DNA of 64,000 nt from Planctomycetota bacterium (GTDB lineage: Bacteria > Planctomycetota > UBA1135 > UBA2386). The translations under genes were made by a program, and so were the position numbers. This document shows, piece by piece, positions 47,827-57,603 of this stretch (its first letter is position 1; every line of letters begins with the position of its first letter). The stretch covers positions 4,448,001-4,512,000 of the forward strand of contig OZ245838.1 in the NCBI GenBank assembly GCA_965228735.1, read 5' to 3'. The notes under the pieces were generated by a model. That model made no database searches, was not told where the DNA came from, and was given only the letters and a program-made list of their open reading frames with translations.

Positions 47827-50616
47827 CTATGATCTGCCTTCCATGAAGTCGTAGAGCCGCTGCTGCTCGGTCTCGTGCGCGCGCAGGTCGTTGGCGGTTT
47901 TGCACGCCTCGACGCGGCCGAGGTGCCAGCGCAGCCGCACCGGGCGAGTGTCGCACAGCGCGCCGATCTCGTCGAACGCGGCGAGCGCCGCCGCGAGGTC
48001 ACCATCCTCCGCGAGTCGGGTCGCCCGTTCGCGCACGAGCTTGAGCAGGCGCTGGCAGCCGCGTTCGCGTTCGCGCGGCGGCTGCTCCGTCGCCTCGAGC
48101 CATTGGCGCAGTGTCTTCTCCGCGCCGGCGAGGTCGCCCGCCGAGATGCGCAGGCCGGCCGCGCCCCACGGGTCCTCGGTCTCGGCCTCGCCGGCCAGCG
48201 CGATCAGCGAGCTCGCGGTGCTGAACACCTCGATGCCGCCGCGATAGCCGATGCCGAGCCACGGGCCCGATGCGACGATGTTGAACGGCAGCTGCAGCGG
48301 TTCGCTGCTCACGCCGAACTGCGGCAACCGCAGCCGCTGCATCGGCCGTTCGTTGGCCGCGTCGTACGCGAACACCTCCCCCTCACCGGGGATCAGGACC
48401 TTGTCGCCGACGACGGTCCCGCGCCCGCGACCGACGTTCTTGCGGCCGCTGATCGGCGGGATGTCCTGCGCCCACTTCACGAGCCCGCTCTGCAAACCGA
48501 CGCAGACAAGCGCTGCGTCGGAGGTGAAGAACACGTCGGTGCTCGTGCTGCCGACGATCGTCTTGAGCTTGCCGTACGGCGCGTAGCGGGTCGTGCCGTC
48601 GATGATCCACACGGGTTGGCCCGTCGCGCTGTCGAGGCAGATCGCGACGCCGCTGTCACAGCCCGCGAACACCACGAGCCCGTGTGCGACGACCAGGTCG
48701 TTCGGCAGGAACCCGGTGATCTCCGACTGGATGAACTGCGCGCCGTGGTGCTGCTGCTGCTTGGTGACGCCGCGCATCGAGGCCCGCGGCCGCAGCGGGT
48801 CGTCGCGCTCGTAACGGCGGATCCAACGCAGGTCACCGGCGAACGCGTCGACCGCGGCGAGACCACCCGCGTTGGTCAGCACGAACGCGATGCCGCCGCT
48901 GACCGCGACGGGCGTGCCGGGCGCCTTGTAGAACGGCGAGCCACCCGAGTGCAGCAACGTGTGCCACAGCGGCCGACCGGTGTTGCGGTCGATGCACTCG
49001 AGCGAGTAGATGTCGTCGCGCAGTGCGGGCAGCAGCAGACGCTCGCCGAAGATCGTCGGCGCCGCGAGGAACGTGACATCCCGCAGCCCGTTCTCGCCGT
49101 CGAGCCAATCGGACGACCGCCACTTCGGCGCCATCGTGTCGCGGTCGTAGGCCACGAGCGTCGTCGTCTTGAGCGCGGTCTCGCGCTGCGTCGGCGGCTT
49201 CTGGTAGCCGAGCAACGCGTAGCGGCGCTCCTCGTCCTCGACGGGTCGCATCACCGCGTGGTCGACCGCCGCGATGCGGATGCGCGGATAGCCCTGGCGC
49301 GGCTTGCTCGGCGCGTCGATGCCGTCGCCTTCGCTGAGCAGCAAGCCCGTGCGCGCGTCGGCGACGCGCAGCCGATAGTGATCGAAGAACAGCACGCGCG
49401 GCGGTTCGCCGACGGCCTCGCCGGGCCCGAAGCGCATCCACGAAGCCGGGCCGTAGCGATCGGCGTAGGGCATCGAGCTGTAGCGCCGGCCCTGGCTCCA
49501 GCCGGAGAACCGGTTCCGGTTCGAACTGTTCGACTTCGGATTGCGATACGGCCGCGGATCGACGAAGCGATACTGCCACAACGGCACGAGCGCTTCGATC
49601 TCGTCGCCGTCGAGTACCGAGAGCCTGGTGTCCGCGGTCGCCTCGTCGATCATCGCGATCATCTCGTCGGCGAAGATCGGCAGCTCGGGCAGGTCGCGAA
49701 CCGTCTGCAGCTCCCCGCGAATGCGCAGTGACTCGTCCGGGTGCGCCGCGGCGATCTCGCGCACGGCCTCGTGCGCGGCCGCCGTCTCGCCCGCCATGCG
49801 CAGGCAGAGCGCGATCTTGAACTTGCACCAGATCGGATCGACGTCGATGCGCGCGAGGTTGCGTTCCGGATAGATCTCGATGAGGTCGCGCAGCACCTGC
49901 ACCGCGACGCGGAAGCGCCCGGCGTGCATGAAGCGGTCCGCGAGCGCGACCATCGCGCGCCCCGCCGGCAGCGTGATGAAGAAGCGGTTGACGACCTGCT
50001 CGAGTTCGGACACCGAGCCGCTCGCGAGCGCCGCCTCGAACAACTGCCGGGCCTCGACCTCGTGCAGCGTGCGGTAGAGCTCGAGCCCCGTGTCCGGCAT
50101 CGCCGCGAGCAGCTCGTGGCAGAGCCGCCGCACCGGTCGGTAGAGCCGGCCGTCCTCGCTGAACACCGAGTTGGCCGCATCGAGCTCCGTCGCCGACATC
50201 GCGGCGCCTTTCGGCTCGTTGGCGGCGCCCTTCTTCCGGTCCGCCTGCGGCTCCTTCTGCGGGTCCTTCCCCGCGGGATCGCCGGCCTCGGACTCGCCGC
50301 CCGGCGGGGCAAACTCCTCCGAACTGCCGAGGAACTCGATCGTGCGGCCCTGGATCACGTCCTGGAGCACCTCGATCGCTGCGACGTAATTCTCCTGCTC
50401 GAGGAACGACTGCGCTCCCCGTAAGTACCTGTCCAGATTGGGGTTCTCGAGCATCCGCACCGGGATGCCGCGATCTTCATCCGGCGAGGCCGTATGTCCG
50501 ATCGCGCCGATCGGGGCAACCGCGCGCACGCGCTGGGCCAGACCAGCCGGCGCCAGCGAGAGCGCGACTGCGGCGAAGATCACTAGGAGTAGACGTCTTT
50601 GCACGGGCAGACCCAT
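47827..50616 (-). CDS. Exported TPR + PQQ-like (BamB-type) beta-propeller protein
   Basis: Signal peptide, N-terminal helical repeats, repeated D..TG...W blades. Confidence 0.8.
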   Translation of the reverse strand: MGLPVQRRLLLVIFAAVALSLAPAGLAQRVRAVAPIGAIGHTASPDEDRGIPVRMLENPNLDRYLRGAQSFLEQENYVAAIEVLQDVIQGRTIEFLGSSEEFAPPGGESEAGDPAGKDPQKEPQADRKKGAANEPKGAAMSATELDAANSVFSEDGRLYRPVRRLCHELLAAMPDTGLELYRTLHEVEARQLFEAALASGSVSELEQVVNRFFITLPAGRAMVALADRFMHAGRFRVAVQVLRDLIEIYPERNLARIDVDPIWCKFKIALCLRMAGETAAAHEAVREIAAAHPDESLRIRGELQTVRDLPELPIFADEMIAMIDEATADTRLSVLDGDEIEALVPLWQYRFVDPRPYRNPKSNSSNRNRFSGWSQGRRYSSMPYADRYGPASWMRFGPGEAVGEPPRVLFFDHYRLRVADARTGLLLSEGDGIDAPSKPRQGYPRIRIAAVDHAVMRPVEDEERRYALLGYQKPPTQRETALKTTTLVAYDRDTMAPKWRSSDWLDGENGLRDVTFLAAPTIFGERLLLPALRDDIYSLECIDRNTGRPLWHTLLHSGGSPFYKAPGTPVAVSGGIAFVLTNAGGLAAVDAFAGDLRWIRRYERDDPLRPRASMRGVTKQQQHHGAQFIQSEITGFLPNDLVVAHGLVVFAGCDSGVAICLDSATGQPVWIIDGTTRYAPYGKLKTIVGSTSTDVFFTSDAALVCVGLQSGLVKWAQDIPPISGRKNVGRGRGTVVGDKVLIPGEGEVFAYDAANERPMQRLRLPQFGVSSEPLQLPFNIVASGPWLGIGYRGGIEVFSTASSLIALAGEAETEDPWGAAGLRISAGDLAGAEKTLRQWLEATEQPPRERERGCQRLLKLVRERATRLAEDGDLAAALAAFDEIGALCDTRPVRLRWHLGRVEACKTANDLRAHETEQQRLYDFMEGRS

Positions 50617-50747
50617 TGATCCGGCGCTCGGAAGAGATACCAGCGCGCCGCTCGGCGTCAGGTTCCAGGGTCAGACGGAGAACGCGCCGAAAAACTCGAA
50701 CGTCGTTCCACGACCGAAGGATCACTGCAGAGGGATCAACGGGAAAT

Positions 50748-51887
50748 CTACGGGTCCCGGCTGGTTGCAGCGAGGCCCCCCTGGGGATTCGGGCGCCGCA
50801 GGATGCCCGACCCGAGCGCCGCGAGGACGACGGCGAGGCCCGACCAGGCCAGCACCGGCGCGACCCGCTGCACGATCCAGACAACGAGCCCGAGATAGGC
50901 CGCGCCGCCCACGACCAGCGCCCCGGCGCGCAGCCCACCCGCCCGAACCCACATCCCACACAGCGCTGGCACGCGCTCCAAGGGCACGAAGACCCACAGC
51001 AGCAGCCAGACGCGCGCGAACGGCCCGGTGTCCATCGTCGCCCACGTCATCAGGTGGAACCCGGTCGCCGCGGGCAGATAGAACCACCTGCTGCGCGGCC
51101 ACAGCAGCACGACGGGAAACGTCGTCTGGACGAAAACGGTACCAATGCTCTGCAGCTGACAGAGCCACACGTCAGCGCCGATCACGCGCGACAGCGGCCC
51201 GTCGTGGCCGAGCATGATGCCCTGCAGCGTGTAGCCGTTGAACCAGTCGAGGCCTCCGAGCAGCAGCTTGGCGAGCCCCGCACCGCAGTAGCCGAGCGCG
51301 AGCGTGAACGCCGTGAGGGTGATCGGCAGCGCCGCGACCGGCGTGGTCGGCGCGGCGGGCACCGCGGACTCGGAACGCGAACGCCAGCGGCGCCAACGGG
51401 CCACGAGGAGCGCGTCGAGCGACAGCCCGGCCGAAACTCGCGCGAACGGCAGTGCCAGAACCGCGAACGCGAGCGCCACCTTGTCGTGGTGCGGCTTGCC
51501 GAACGAATACGCGAGGCCGGTCCAGTAGAGGAATCCGACTGCGGCGATCGCGCATGCCAGGCGGCCGCACAGTCCGAGCATCGCGCACCCGAGAGCGACG
51601 AGCGTGACCGTATACACGACGTGCGCCGCCTCCGCTCCGATCGGCTGCACCCCGAGCAATTCGAAGTAGTAGATCGGCGTCCACGGTCTGGTCGGGCCAC
51701 CGTCGCTGACCGCGGCCGCGTCCGCGAACACCGGCCCGGAGTAGAGCACGACGTCGTAGAACGCGACGAACGCGATCAACGCGCGCACGGCTCCGAGCCG
51801 CGCCGCCGGAACCGGTGCGAGGAACCAGCGCTCGACCGTCTCGAACGCGCGGCCGAGCGCCGTCGGTGCAGTCACTCCGCGACTCAT
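50748..51887 (-). CDS. HTTM-domain (SdpB / vitamin-K carboxylase-like) polytopic membrane protein
   Basis: LGAVR, SFGKPHH, LSLDA, Y.GAGLAKL...DW.NG, GFHLM. Confidence 0.75.
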   Translation of the reverse strand: MSRGVTAPTALGRAFETVERWFLAPVPAARLGAVRALIAFVAFYDVVLYSGPVFADAAAVSDGGPTRPWTPIYYFELLGVQPIGAEAAHVVYTVTLVALGCAMLGLCGRLACAIAAVGFLYWTGLAYSFGKPHHDKVALAFAVLALPFARVSAGLSLDALLVARWRRWRSRSESAVPAAPTTPVAALPITLTAFTLALGYCGAGLAKLLLGGLDWFNGYTLQGIMLGHDGPLSRVIGADVWLCQLQSIGTVFVQTTFPVVLLWPRSRWFYLPAATGFHLMTWATMDTGPFARVWLLLWVFVPLERVPALCGMWVRAGGLRAGALVVGGAAYLGLVVWIVQRVAPVLAWSGLAVVLAALGSGILRRPNPQGGLAATSRDP

Positions 51888-53347
51888 TCCGTTCGGTAGT
51901 GGACCATGACCGTCGGCGCCGCGTAGACGGGACCGTTCCGCGTCAGCCGAATGCGACCGTCGACGAGCACGTAGCCGACGAAACGTGGATCGTCGCGCTG
52001 CCGCGACCGCTTCACGAGTTGCCAGAGCTCATCGCGGCGCGCATCGTCGCCGTGCACGACCTCGCCGAGGACCTGCCAGTAGCCGTCCTGGATGACGCCG
52101 ATCGCGTGCGGCTCGCGCCGCAGCCACTCGCCTGCGGCGGTCAGCGCGTAGATCCGCGCGCGATGCAACACGTCGCCTTCGTGCCAGTTCTCCGTGTACA
52201 TCGAGAACCCGACGAACGGCCAGCTGCGGCCGTAGCCGAGCGTCGCGGCGAGCAGTTGGAGGCCGACGACCGCGACCAGGGCGGTGCGAACGCCCGCGAC
52301 GATCACGCGGCGCCAGCCCGTCGCGCGTGCCGACCAGAGCGCCAGGCCGAACACGAGCAGCACGGCGCCGAACGCCAGCGGCAGCAGCGTCCGCGGATCG
52401 AAGCGGGTCGGCAGCGGCACGTGCACGCGATAGCGCGCGACGACGGTGCGCCGCAGGTCGCGATCGACGGCATGCACCTCGACGGTGTGCCGGCCTGGTC
52501 GGAGTCCGGTCAGGGCGCCGTCGATCGGCCGCAGCAGATGGTGATGCACGTTGCGTTGGCGCAACGTCGCGCCCCCTGACGCAGCGACCCGGAGTGCGAT
52601 CGGCACCGTGCCATCGCTGCTCGCGGTCACCCGACGCAGAGATGGCTGGCGCTGGGATGTCGGGCCCGGGGTTGTCGGGAACTGGGTTGTCGGGTCGGTA
52701 TCGTCGGCGACGAGTCGCGGCGGCGGGCCGCGGTCGGGACGATAGGAGAACGCACCCGTCGCGGTCTGCAGCACGAGCTTGGCATTGCTCGCGCCAGCGG
52801 TCGCGGTCACTCCGAGATAGGGTCCGGGCGGCACGCCGTCGGCTGCACCGAACGTCCGGCCGAACCCGAACCGGGCATCGACGACCCCGAACGCCCGCTC
52901 GGTGCAGAGCCACACGCGCCCGGCGGCGTCGCAGTGCACCCCGACGGGCGCGCCGGGTGGCACGCCGTCGGCCAGATCCGCGCCGTCGAGCACGAGGTGG
53001 TCGCGGTCGCAGACGAACAGGCCGCGCTCGCAAGCGACGAAAACGGTGCCGTGCGGGTGCCGCGTGAAGGCCCGGCACGCGCCCGTCGGCGCGCTGCGCG
53101 CCAGTGGCCGTCGGCCCGCCGGCGTGACCGCGACGACCTCGCCGGCGACCAGCTCCAGCACCAGGCCATCGGCGAGCGGCAACTGCGTCGGGGCCGCGAC
53201 CGCGGCGTTTGCCCCCGCCGCCAGCCGCTCGAAAGCCGCCGTTTCGCCCTCCTGGGCCGCGAGCGGTCCGGCCAGGCCGAGCGCTGCGAGGCGAATCGCC
53301 GCCCTCGCGAGCCCTCCCGGCGACGGTTTCTCTGCTCGCGTGGCCAC
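51884..53347 (-). CDS. Membrane protein with beta-propeller-like periplasmic region and WPFxxFSMY domain (HTTM partner)
   Basis: Signal-like N-terminus, ADGVP repeats, two TMs, SWPFVGFSMY; ATGA-type overlap with the HTTM gene. Confidence 0.65.
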   Translation of the reverse strand: MATRAEKPSPGGLARAAIRLAALGLAGPLAAQEGETAAFERLAAGANAAVAAPTQLPLADGLVLELVAGEVVAVTPAGRRPLARSAPTGACRAFTRHPHGTVFVACERGLFVCDRDHLVLDGADLADGVPPGAPVGVHCDAAGRVWLCTERAFGVVDARFGFGRTFGAADGVPPGPYLGVTATAGASNAKLVLQTATGAFSYRPDRGPPPRLVADDTDPTTQFPTTPGPTSQRQPSLRRVTASSDGTVPIALRVAASGGATLRQRNVHHHLLRPIDGALTGLRPGRHTVEVHAVDRDLRRTVVARYRVHVPLPTRFDPRTLLPLAFGAVLLVFGLALWSARATGWRRVIVAGVRTALVAVVGLQLLAATLGYGRSWPFVGFSMYTENWHEGDVLHRARIYALTAAGEWLRREPHAIGVIQDGYWQVLGEVVHGDDARRDELWQLVKRSRQRDDPRFVGYVLVDGRIRLTRNGPVYAAPTVMVHYRTE

Positions 53348-53453
53348 GTTCCAAGCTTACACCGGAGGGAAGTGCCGGCTCCGTCGTCCGAAACGATCCG
53401 GCCCCGGACTGAACCCAGCAGGCGCCCGACCCGATCCGTAGACTGCTCGACTC

Positions 53454-55781
53454 ATGATGCTCGCGATGCTCCACCGCCGTTGTCTTGCACTCTGCCTCGC
53501 GTTGACCCCGACGCTCGCTGCCCAAACTCCCAGCAGCCCGCCCCCCGGCGGTCAGACCACAGGCAGCACCTCGCCAGCAGGCCAAGACGGCGAATGGAGC
53601 GGTGACCGGCTCGCCACCGAGTCGCAGGGCTTTCAGAACGAGAGCCTCGTGACCAAGCTCGAGCAGATCGGCACGCTGCTCCAGAACCAGGCCGCGGCCT
53701 ACTCCGCGATCGTCGCGCGGATCCACGGCGACCACCGCGAATACCTGCTGAAGATCGATCGGCTGATCGACGAGCTGACCGACGAGCGCTGGTCCGTGCG
53801 CGAGCAGGCCGAACGCACGTTGATCGAGATCGGCGGCCGCGCCAAGGCGATGATCCTGCAGCACCGCGACGAATACGATTACGTGGAGCAACGCCTGCGC
53901 TGCGCCCGCATCCTCGACGCGCTCGCCGCGAAGGGCACCGAGCAGGAGGATCGCGAACAGCGTCTGCTGCGCGGCCTCGTCCAGACGGCGCTCTACCTGA
54001 AGCCCGAGCCACGACTGCTGCGCGCGTTGCGCAGCGCGCTCGGCCACACGGATCCGAGCGTCGTCGCGGGCGCGATTCGCGCCCTCGGCAAGCTCGGTGG
54101 CGACGACGAGGTCGGCGCCGTCGAGCAGATGCTCGAATGGAAGGGCGGCATGCACCGCACGACGACGGTCGCCGCGCTCGCCCGCATGCAGTCGGACAAG
54201 GCGCTGGCCGTCTGCGAGCGGCTGCTGACCGATCCGGCCAACGACGACACGACCGAGAAGTTCGTCATGCTGCGCGCGCTGCACTCCCGCACGGACGCCG
54301 GCGCGCAGCAGCTGCTCGGCCGGCTCGGCGCCAACAAGGACAAGCTCGTCGCTGCTGGCGCGAAGATCGCGGCCGGGGGCGGCGCCGTGACGCCGGCGCT
54401 GTTCTCGCTGCCGGACCGCAGCAAGGTCGAGGCCGGGTTCGGCGGCTTCTTCGGCGAGTCGGTGCTCGCCCACGACGGCTTCGCCGGGTTGCCGGTCGCC
54501 GAGCTCGCGTTCCAGGACGCGGACACGATCGACTTCGCGCACGACAAACAACCCGTGAGCGGCGCGCGCGTGTTCCTCAACCAGGGCAGTCTCGTGATCG
54601 GCGATGTCGTCGCCATCGATCCCGAGGGTCTGCGGCTGCGCTCCGAGATGTTCGGCGAGCTCACGCTGGCACGCGGCGAGATCCAGGGCCTCGCGCTCGA
54701 TCCGGACCTCGATCGGCTCGTGGGCGCATCCACCGATCACGACCGCATCCGGCTGCGTGACGACACGTTCCTCGACGGCCAGATCCAGGCCACGGACGGT
54801 GAGTCGATCCGCTTCGAGGACCTCGAGGGCAAGACCCAGACGGTCGAGCTCAGCAAGGTCGCGGGCATCCTGTTCACCCGCCCGCGCGTGGTGGAGACCG
54901 ACAACACGCTCTACACGCGGCTCGACCTCGTGACGGGCGAACGCCTGATCGCGTTCGTGGCGGCGGCTTCGGGCTCCGAGGTCGCGATCGTCGCGCCGCA
55001 GCTCGGCTCGGCCGTCGTGCCGCTGCAGAAGGTGCACCACCTCGAGCTCGGCGTCGGCGGCGGCGCGCTCTGGGGCTTCACGCTCGTCGCGGACTACAGC
55101 GACAACCGCGTCGTCGAGATCGACGACCAGGGTCGCATCGTGTTCGTGCTCGAGGACGTCTTCGGCGCGTGGGACGCGGAGTGCCTCGACAACGGCAATC
55201 TGCTGATCACCGAGTTCTCCGTGAGTCGCGTGCAGGAGCTCAACCGCAAGGGCGAGCAGGTATGGGTCTACGAAGAGCTGAAGAACCCGTACGACGCGGA
55301 CCGCTTGCCCAACGGCAACACGCTCATCGCCGACACGTTCGGCAGCCGCATCGTCGAGGTCAACCGCGAGGGCCAGGAGGTGTGGACCTTCGACATGAAC
55401 ATCCGGCCGTTCGACTGCGACCGCCTGCCCAACGGCAACACCCTCATCGCCGACGTGCTGAAGGACCGGGTGATCGAGGTCAGCAAGGAGGGCGAGATCG
55501 TCTGGGAGGCCAAGAACCTGCCCAACGTCCACGATGCCGACCGCCTGCCCAACGGCAACACGCTCGTGACGCTGCGCAACAAGGGCGTCGTGCTCGAACT
55601 CGACCGCGAGAGCAACGTCGTGTGGCAGATCACGAGCCTGAGCTCACCGAGCGATGCCGACCGGCTGCCGAACGGCCACACGCTCGTCGCGGAGAACACG
55701 CAGGTGCGCGAGTTCGATCGCCGCGGCAACGAGGTGTGGAAGAAGGAGACGAGCTGGGCCGTCGAGGTCAACCGCTACTGA
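53454..55781 (+). CDS. Exported HEAT-repeat + beta-propeller protein
   Basis: Signal peptide, HEAT helices (WSVREQAERTL), five DA(D/E).L.NGN.LI blades. Confidence 0.8.
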   Translation: MMLAMLHRRCLALCLALTPTLAAQTPSSPPPGGQTTGSTSPAGQDGEWSGDRLATESQGFQNESLVTKLEQIGTLLQNQAAAYSAIVARIHGDHREYLLKIDRLIDELTDERWSVREQAERTLIEIGGRAKAMILQHRDEYDYVEQRLRCARILDALAAKGTEQEDREQRLLRGLVQTALYLKPEPRLLRALRSALGHTDPSVVAGAIRALGKLGGDDEVGAVEQMLEWKGGMHRTTTVAALARMQSDKALAVCERLLTDPANDDTTEKFVMLRALHSRTDAGAQQLLGRLGANKDKLVAAGAKIAAGGGAVTPALFSLPDRSKVEAGFGGFFGESVLAHDGFAGLPVAELAFQDADTIDFAHDKQPVSGARVFLNQGSLVIGDVVAIDPEGLRLRSEMFGELTLARGEIQGLALDPDLDRLVGASTDHDRIRLRDDTFLDGQIQATDGESIRFEDLEGKTQTVELSKVAGILFTRPRVVETDNTLYTRLDLVTGERLIAFVAAASGSEVAIVAPQLGSAVVPLQKVHHLELGVGGGALWGFTLVADYSDNRVVEIDDQGRIVFVLEDVFGAWDAECLDNGNLLITEFSVSRVQELNRKGEQVWVYEELKNPYDADRLPNGNTLIADTFGSRIVEVNREGQEVWTFDMNIRPFDCDRLPNGNTLIADVLKDRVIEVSKEGEIVWEAKNLPNVHDADRLPNGNTLVTLRNKGVVLELDRESNVVWQITSLSSPSDADRLPNGHTLVAENTQVREFDRRGNEVWKKETSWAVEVNRY

Positions 55782-55812
55782 TCGCGCAACCGACTGCCGC
55801 GTCGCCGATGCG

Positions 55813-57603
55813 TCAGTCGATCACCGCCCGCAGCTCGGCCGGCACGGGCCGCCGCTTGATCACCGCGCGCACGGCCTCGACGCGCTCGGAATCGCCGTCC
55901 TCCGCGGCCTGGCTCAGCTCGAACAGCTGCTGCCGCAGCAGCGCATCCGGCCCGCCCGTCTCGGCCGCGATCGCGAACCACGGGTAGGCCGCGGCCGGCC
56001 CGTCGGTCAGCAGGACCTGCACGCCGCGCTCGTACGCGGGCCCGCGTAGCGCCGCGCGCGCCGACTCCCAGTTCGTCGCCGTCGGTGCGAGCTCGTTCGC
56101 CGCGGCGAGCTCGGCGTCGAACATCGACCACGTGTCGCGCCAGCGCTCGGGCACGTCGTCGCCGATCTCCGCGCGGAGCGCGGTCGCCGCGATCACGTCA
56201 CCGTTCTGGAAGCGCCAGAGTGCGCGTTCGTACGGCCAGTCGACGCACCACACGACGACGGCCGTCACCACCGCGATCAGCGTCGCTCCGAGCACGGCGA
56301 ACCGCAGCCGGCGGCCCGCGCGGTCGAAGCGCGCGCGGAAGTCGGTGTCCTGTTCGTAGCGTGCCATCGTCGACAGTCGCGTCGACTCGTCGGGATGCAG
56401 GCTCGCGAGCCGACCGAAGAAGTGGCGCCGCAGCGGCATGGTGCCGTTCATCACGACCTGCAGCGCGCGCGAGCACGGCCCGGCGCCGAGCGCCCGCACC
56501 GACGCGATGTCCGCCTCGAGTTCGAAACGGTGCGCGAGAGAACGCACGACGAGCCAGATCATGCCGCCGATCAAGAGGCCCGCCGCAATCTGCAGCACGG
56601 GATCCACGTCGCCGACCGGCAGCAAGCTCAACGGATGCAGCAGCAGCATCGGCAGCACGACGGCGAGCAGCATCAGCAGACCCGGGTGTCCCATGCGCGC
56701 GTGGCCGACCTCGTGGGCGACCACGCCCGCGAGCGCGTCGGCGTCCAACATGCGAACGAGCCCGTCCGTGATGCAGAGACAGCGCGACGCGGGCAGGGGC
56801 CCGACCATCATCGCGTTGATCGCCGTCATCCCGGTCGGCAGCAGCAGCACGCGCGATGGTTGGAAGCCGAGCGTCGCGGCCGTCATCCGCAGTTCGGCGC
56901 CGAGCGGCTCGGGGAAACGCGTCGACGTGCGAAATGCGAAGCGAAACAGCAGCGGCAACGTGATCGCGGCAGCCACGAGCAGCGCGAGGAAACCGACGGT
57001 GAGACCCAGGGACGTGCCGAGCACGAACGTGTAGAGCGGCCGCCACAGGGCGAGCAGGTCGAGTCCGACACCGATCAGCACCCACGGCAGCGTGACGAGC
57101 ACGACCCAGCCGAGCCGCAACCGGACCACGGGCCACAGCTCCGCGACGGTCGGGAGCGTGCGACGGGTGACACCGCGCCGGTGCGCCACTTCGATCGCGA
57201 GCTCCGTCCAGACGCTCAGCTGCGTCGCGAGCACGATGCGCGGCAGCTCGACGACGAGCAGCGGCAGCAGCAGCAGCAGCAGGGTCAACGCGTTGCTGAA
57301 TCCCACCCACTGCCAGACGAAGTCCGGCCAGCCGCCCCAGGTGAAGAGCGCCAGCACGACGAGCGGCGACGCCGAGATCGCGAGTCGTTGCAGGATCGCC
57401 GGGCCGCCGAACGTGTCGCGCCCGCGCGCGAGGTCCCAGCGCAGGAGCACGCGGCCGAGCAGCACGAGCGCGATCGGCAGCGCGAGCGCCGCTGCCGTGA
57501 GCCACAGCTGGGTCGGGTCACCGCTGCCGGCGATCGACGGGTCGAGCTCCCGCGCCCCGAAAACGACGAGCAGCCCGATCAGGAAGACGACGGGCAACCC
57601 CAC
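55813..57603 (-). CDS. M48 (HtpX/Ste24-like) membrane zinc metalloprotease
   Basis: Multiple TMs, INAM, AHEVGH, FELEAD, SLHP. Confidence 0.88.
   Translation of the reverse strand: MGLPVVFLIGLLVVFGARELDPSIAGSGDPTQLWLTAAALALPIALVLLGRVLLRWDLARGRDTFGGPAILQRLAISASPLVVLALFTWGGWPDFVWQWVGFSNALTLLLLLLPLLVVELPRIVLATQLSVWTELAIEVAHRRGVTRRTLPTVAELWPVVRLRLGWVVLVTLPWVLIGVGLDLLALWRPLYTFVLGTSLGLTVGFLALLVAAAITLPLLFRFAFRTSTRFPEPLGAELRMTAATLGFQPSRVLLLPTGMTAINAMMVGPLPASRCLCITDGLVRMLDADALAGVVAHEVGHARMGHPGLLMLLAVVLPMLLLHPLSLLPVGDVDPVLQIAAGLLIGGMIWLVVRSLAHRFELEADIASVRALGAGPCSRALQVVMNGTMPLRRHFFGRLASLHPDESTRLSTMARYEQDTDFRARFDRAGRRLRFAVLGATLIAVVTAVVVWCVDWPYERALWRFQNGDVIAATALRAEIGDDVPERWRDTWSMFDAELAAANELAPTATNWESARAALRGPAYERGVQVLLTDGPAAAYPWFAIAAETGGPDALLRQQLFELSQAAEDGDSERVEAVRAVIKRRPVPAELRAVID

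Noticed and set aside
52029..55532. Very long alternative ORFs (e.g. 52029-55532 minus, 42894-45854 plus, 38592-41228 plus, 7663-10017 plus)
   Set aside because: Antisense or shadow frames of well-supported genes in high-GC DNA; Arg/Ala-rich with no recognisable motifs.
55290..55700. Regularly spaced gaccgcctgcccaacggcaacac repeats
   Set aside because: They are in-frame beta-propeller blade repeats within a CDS.
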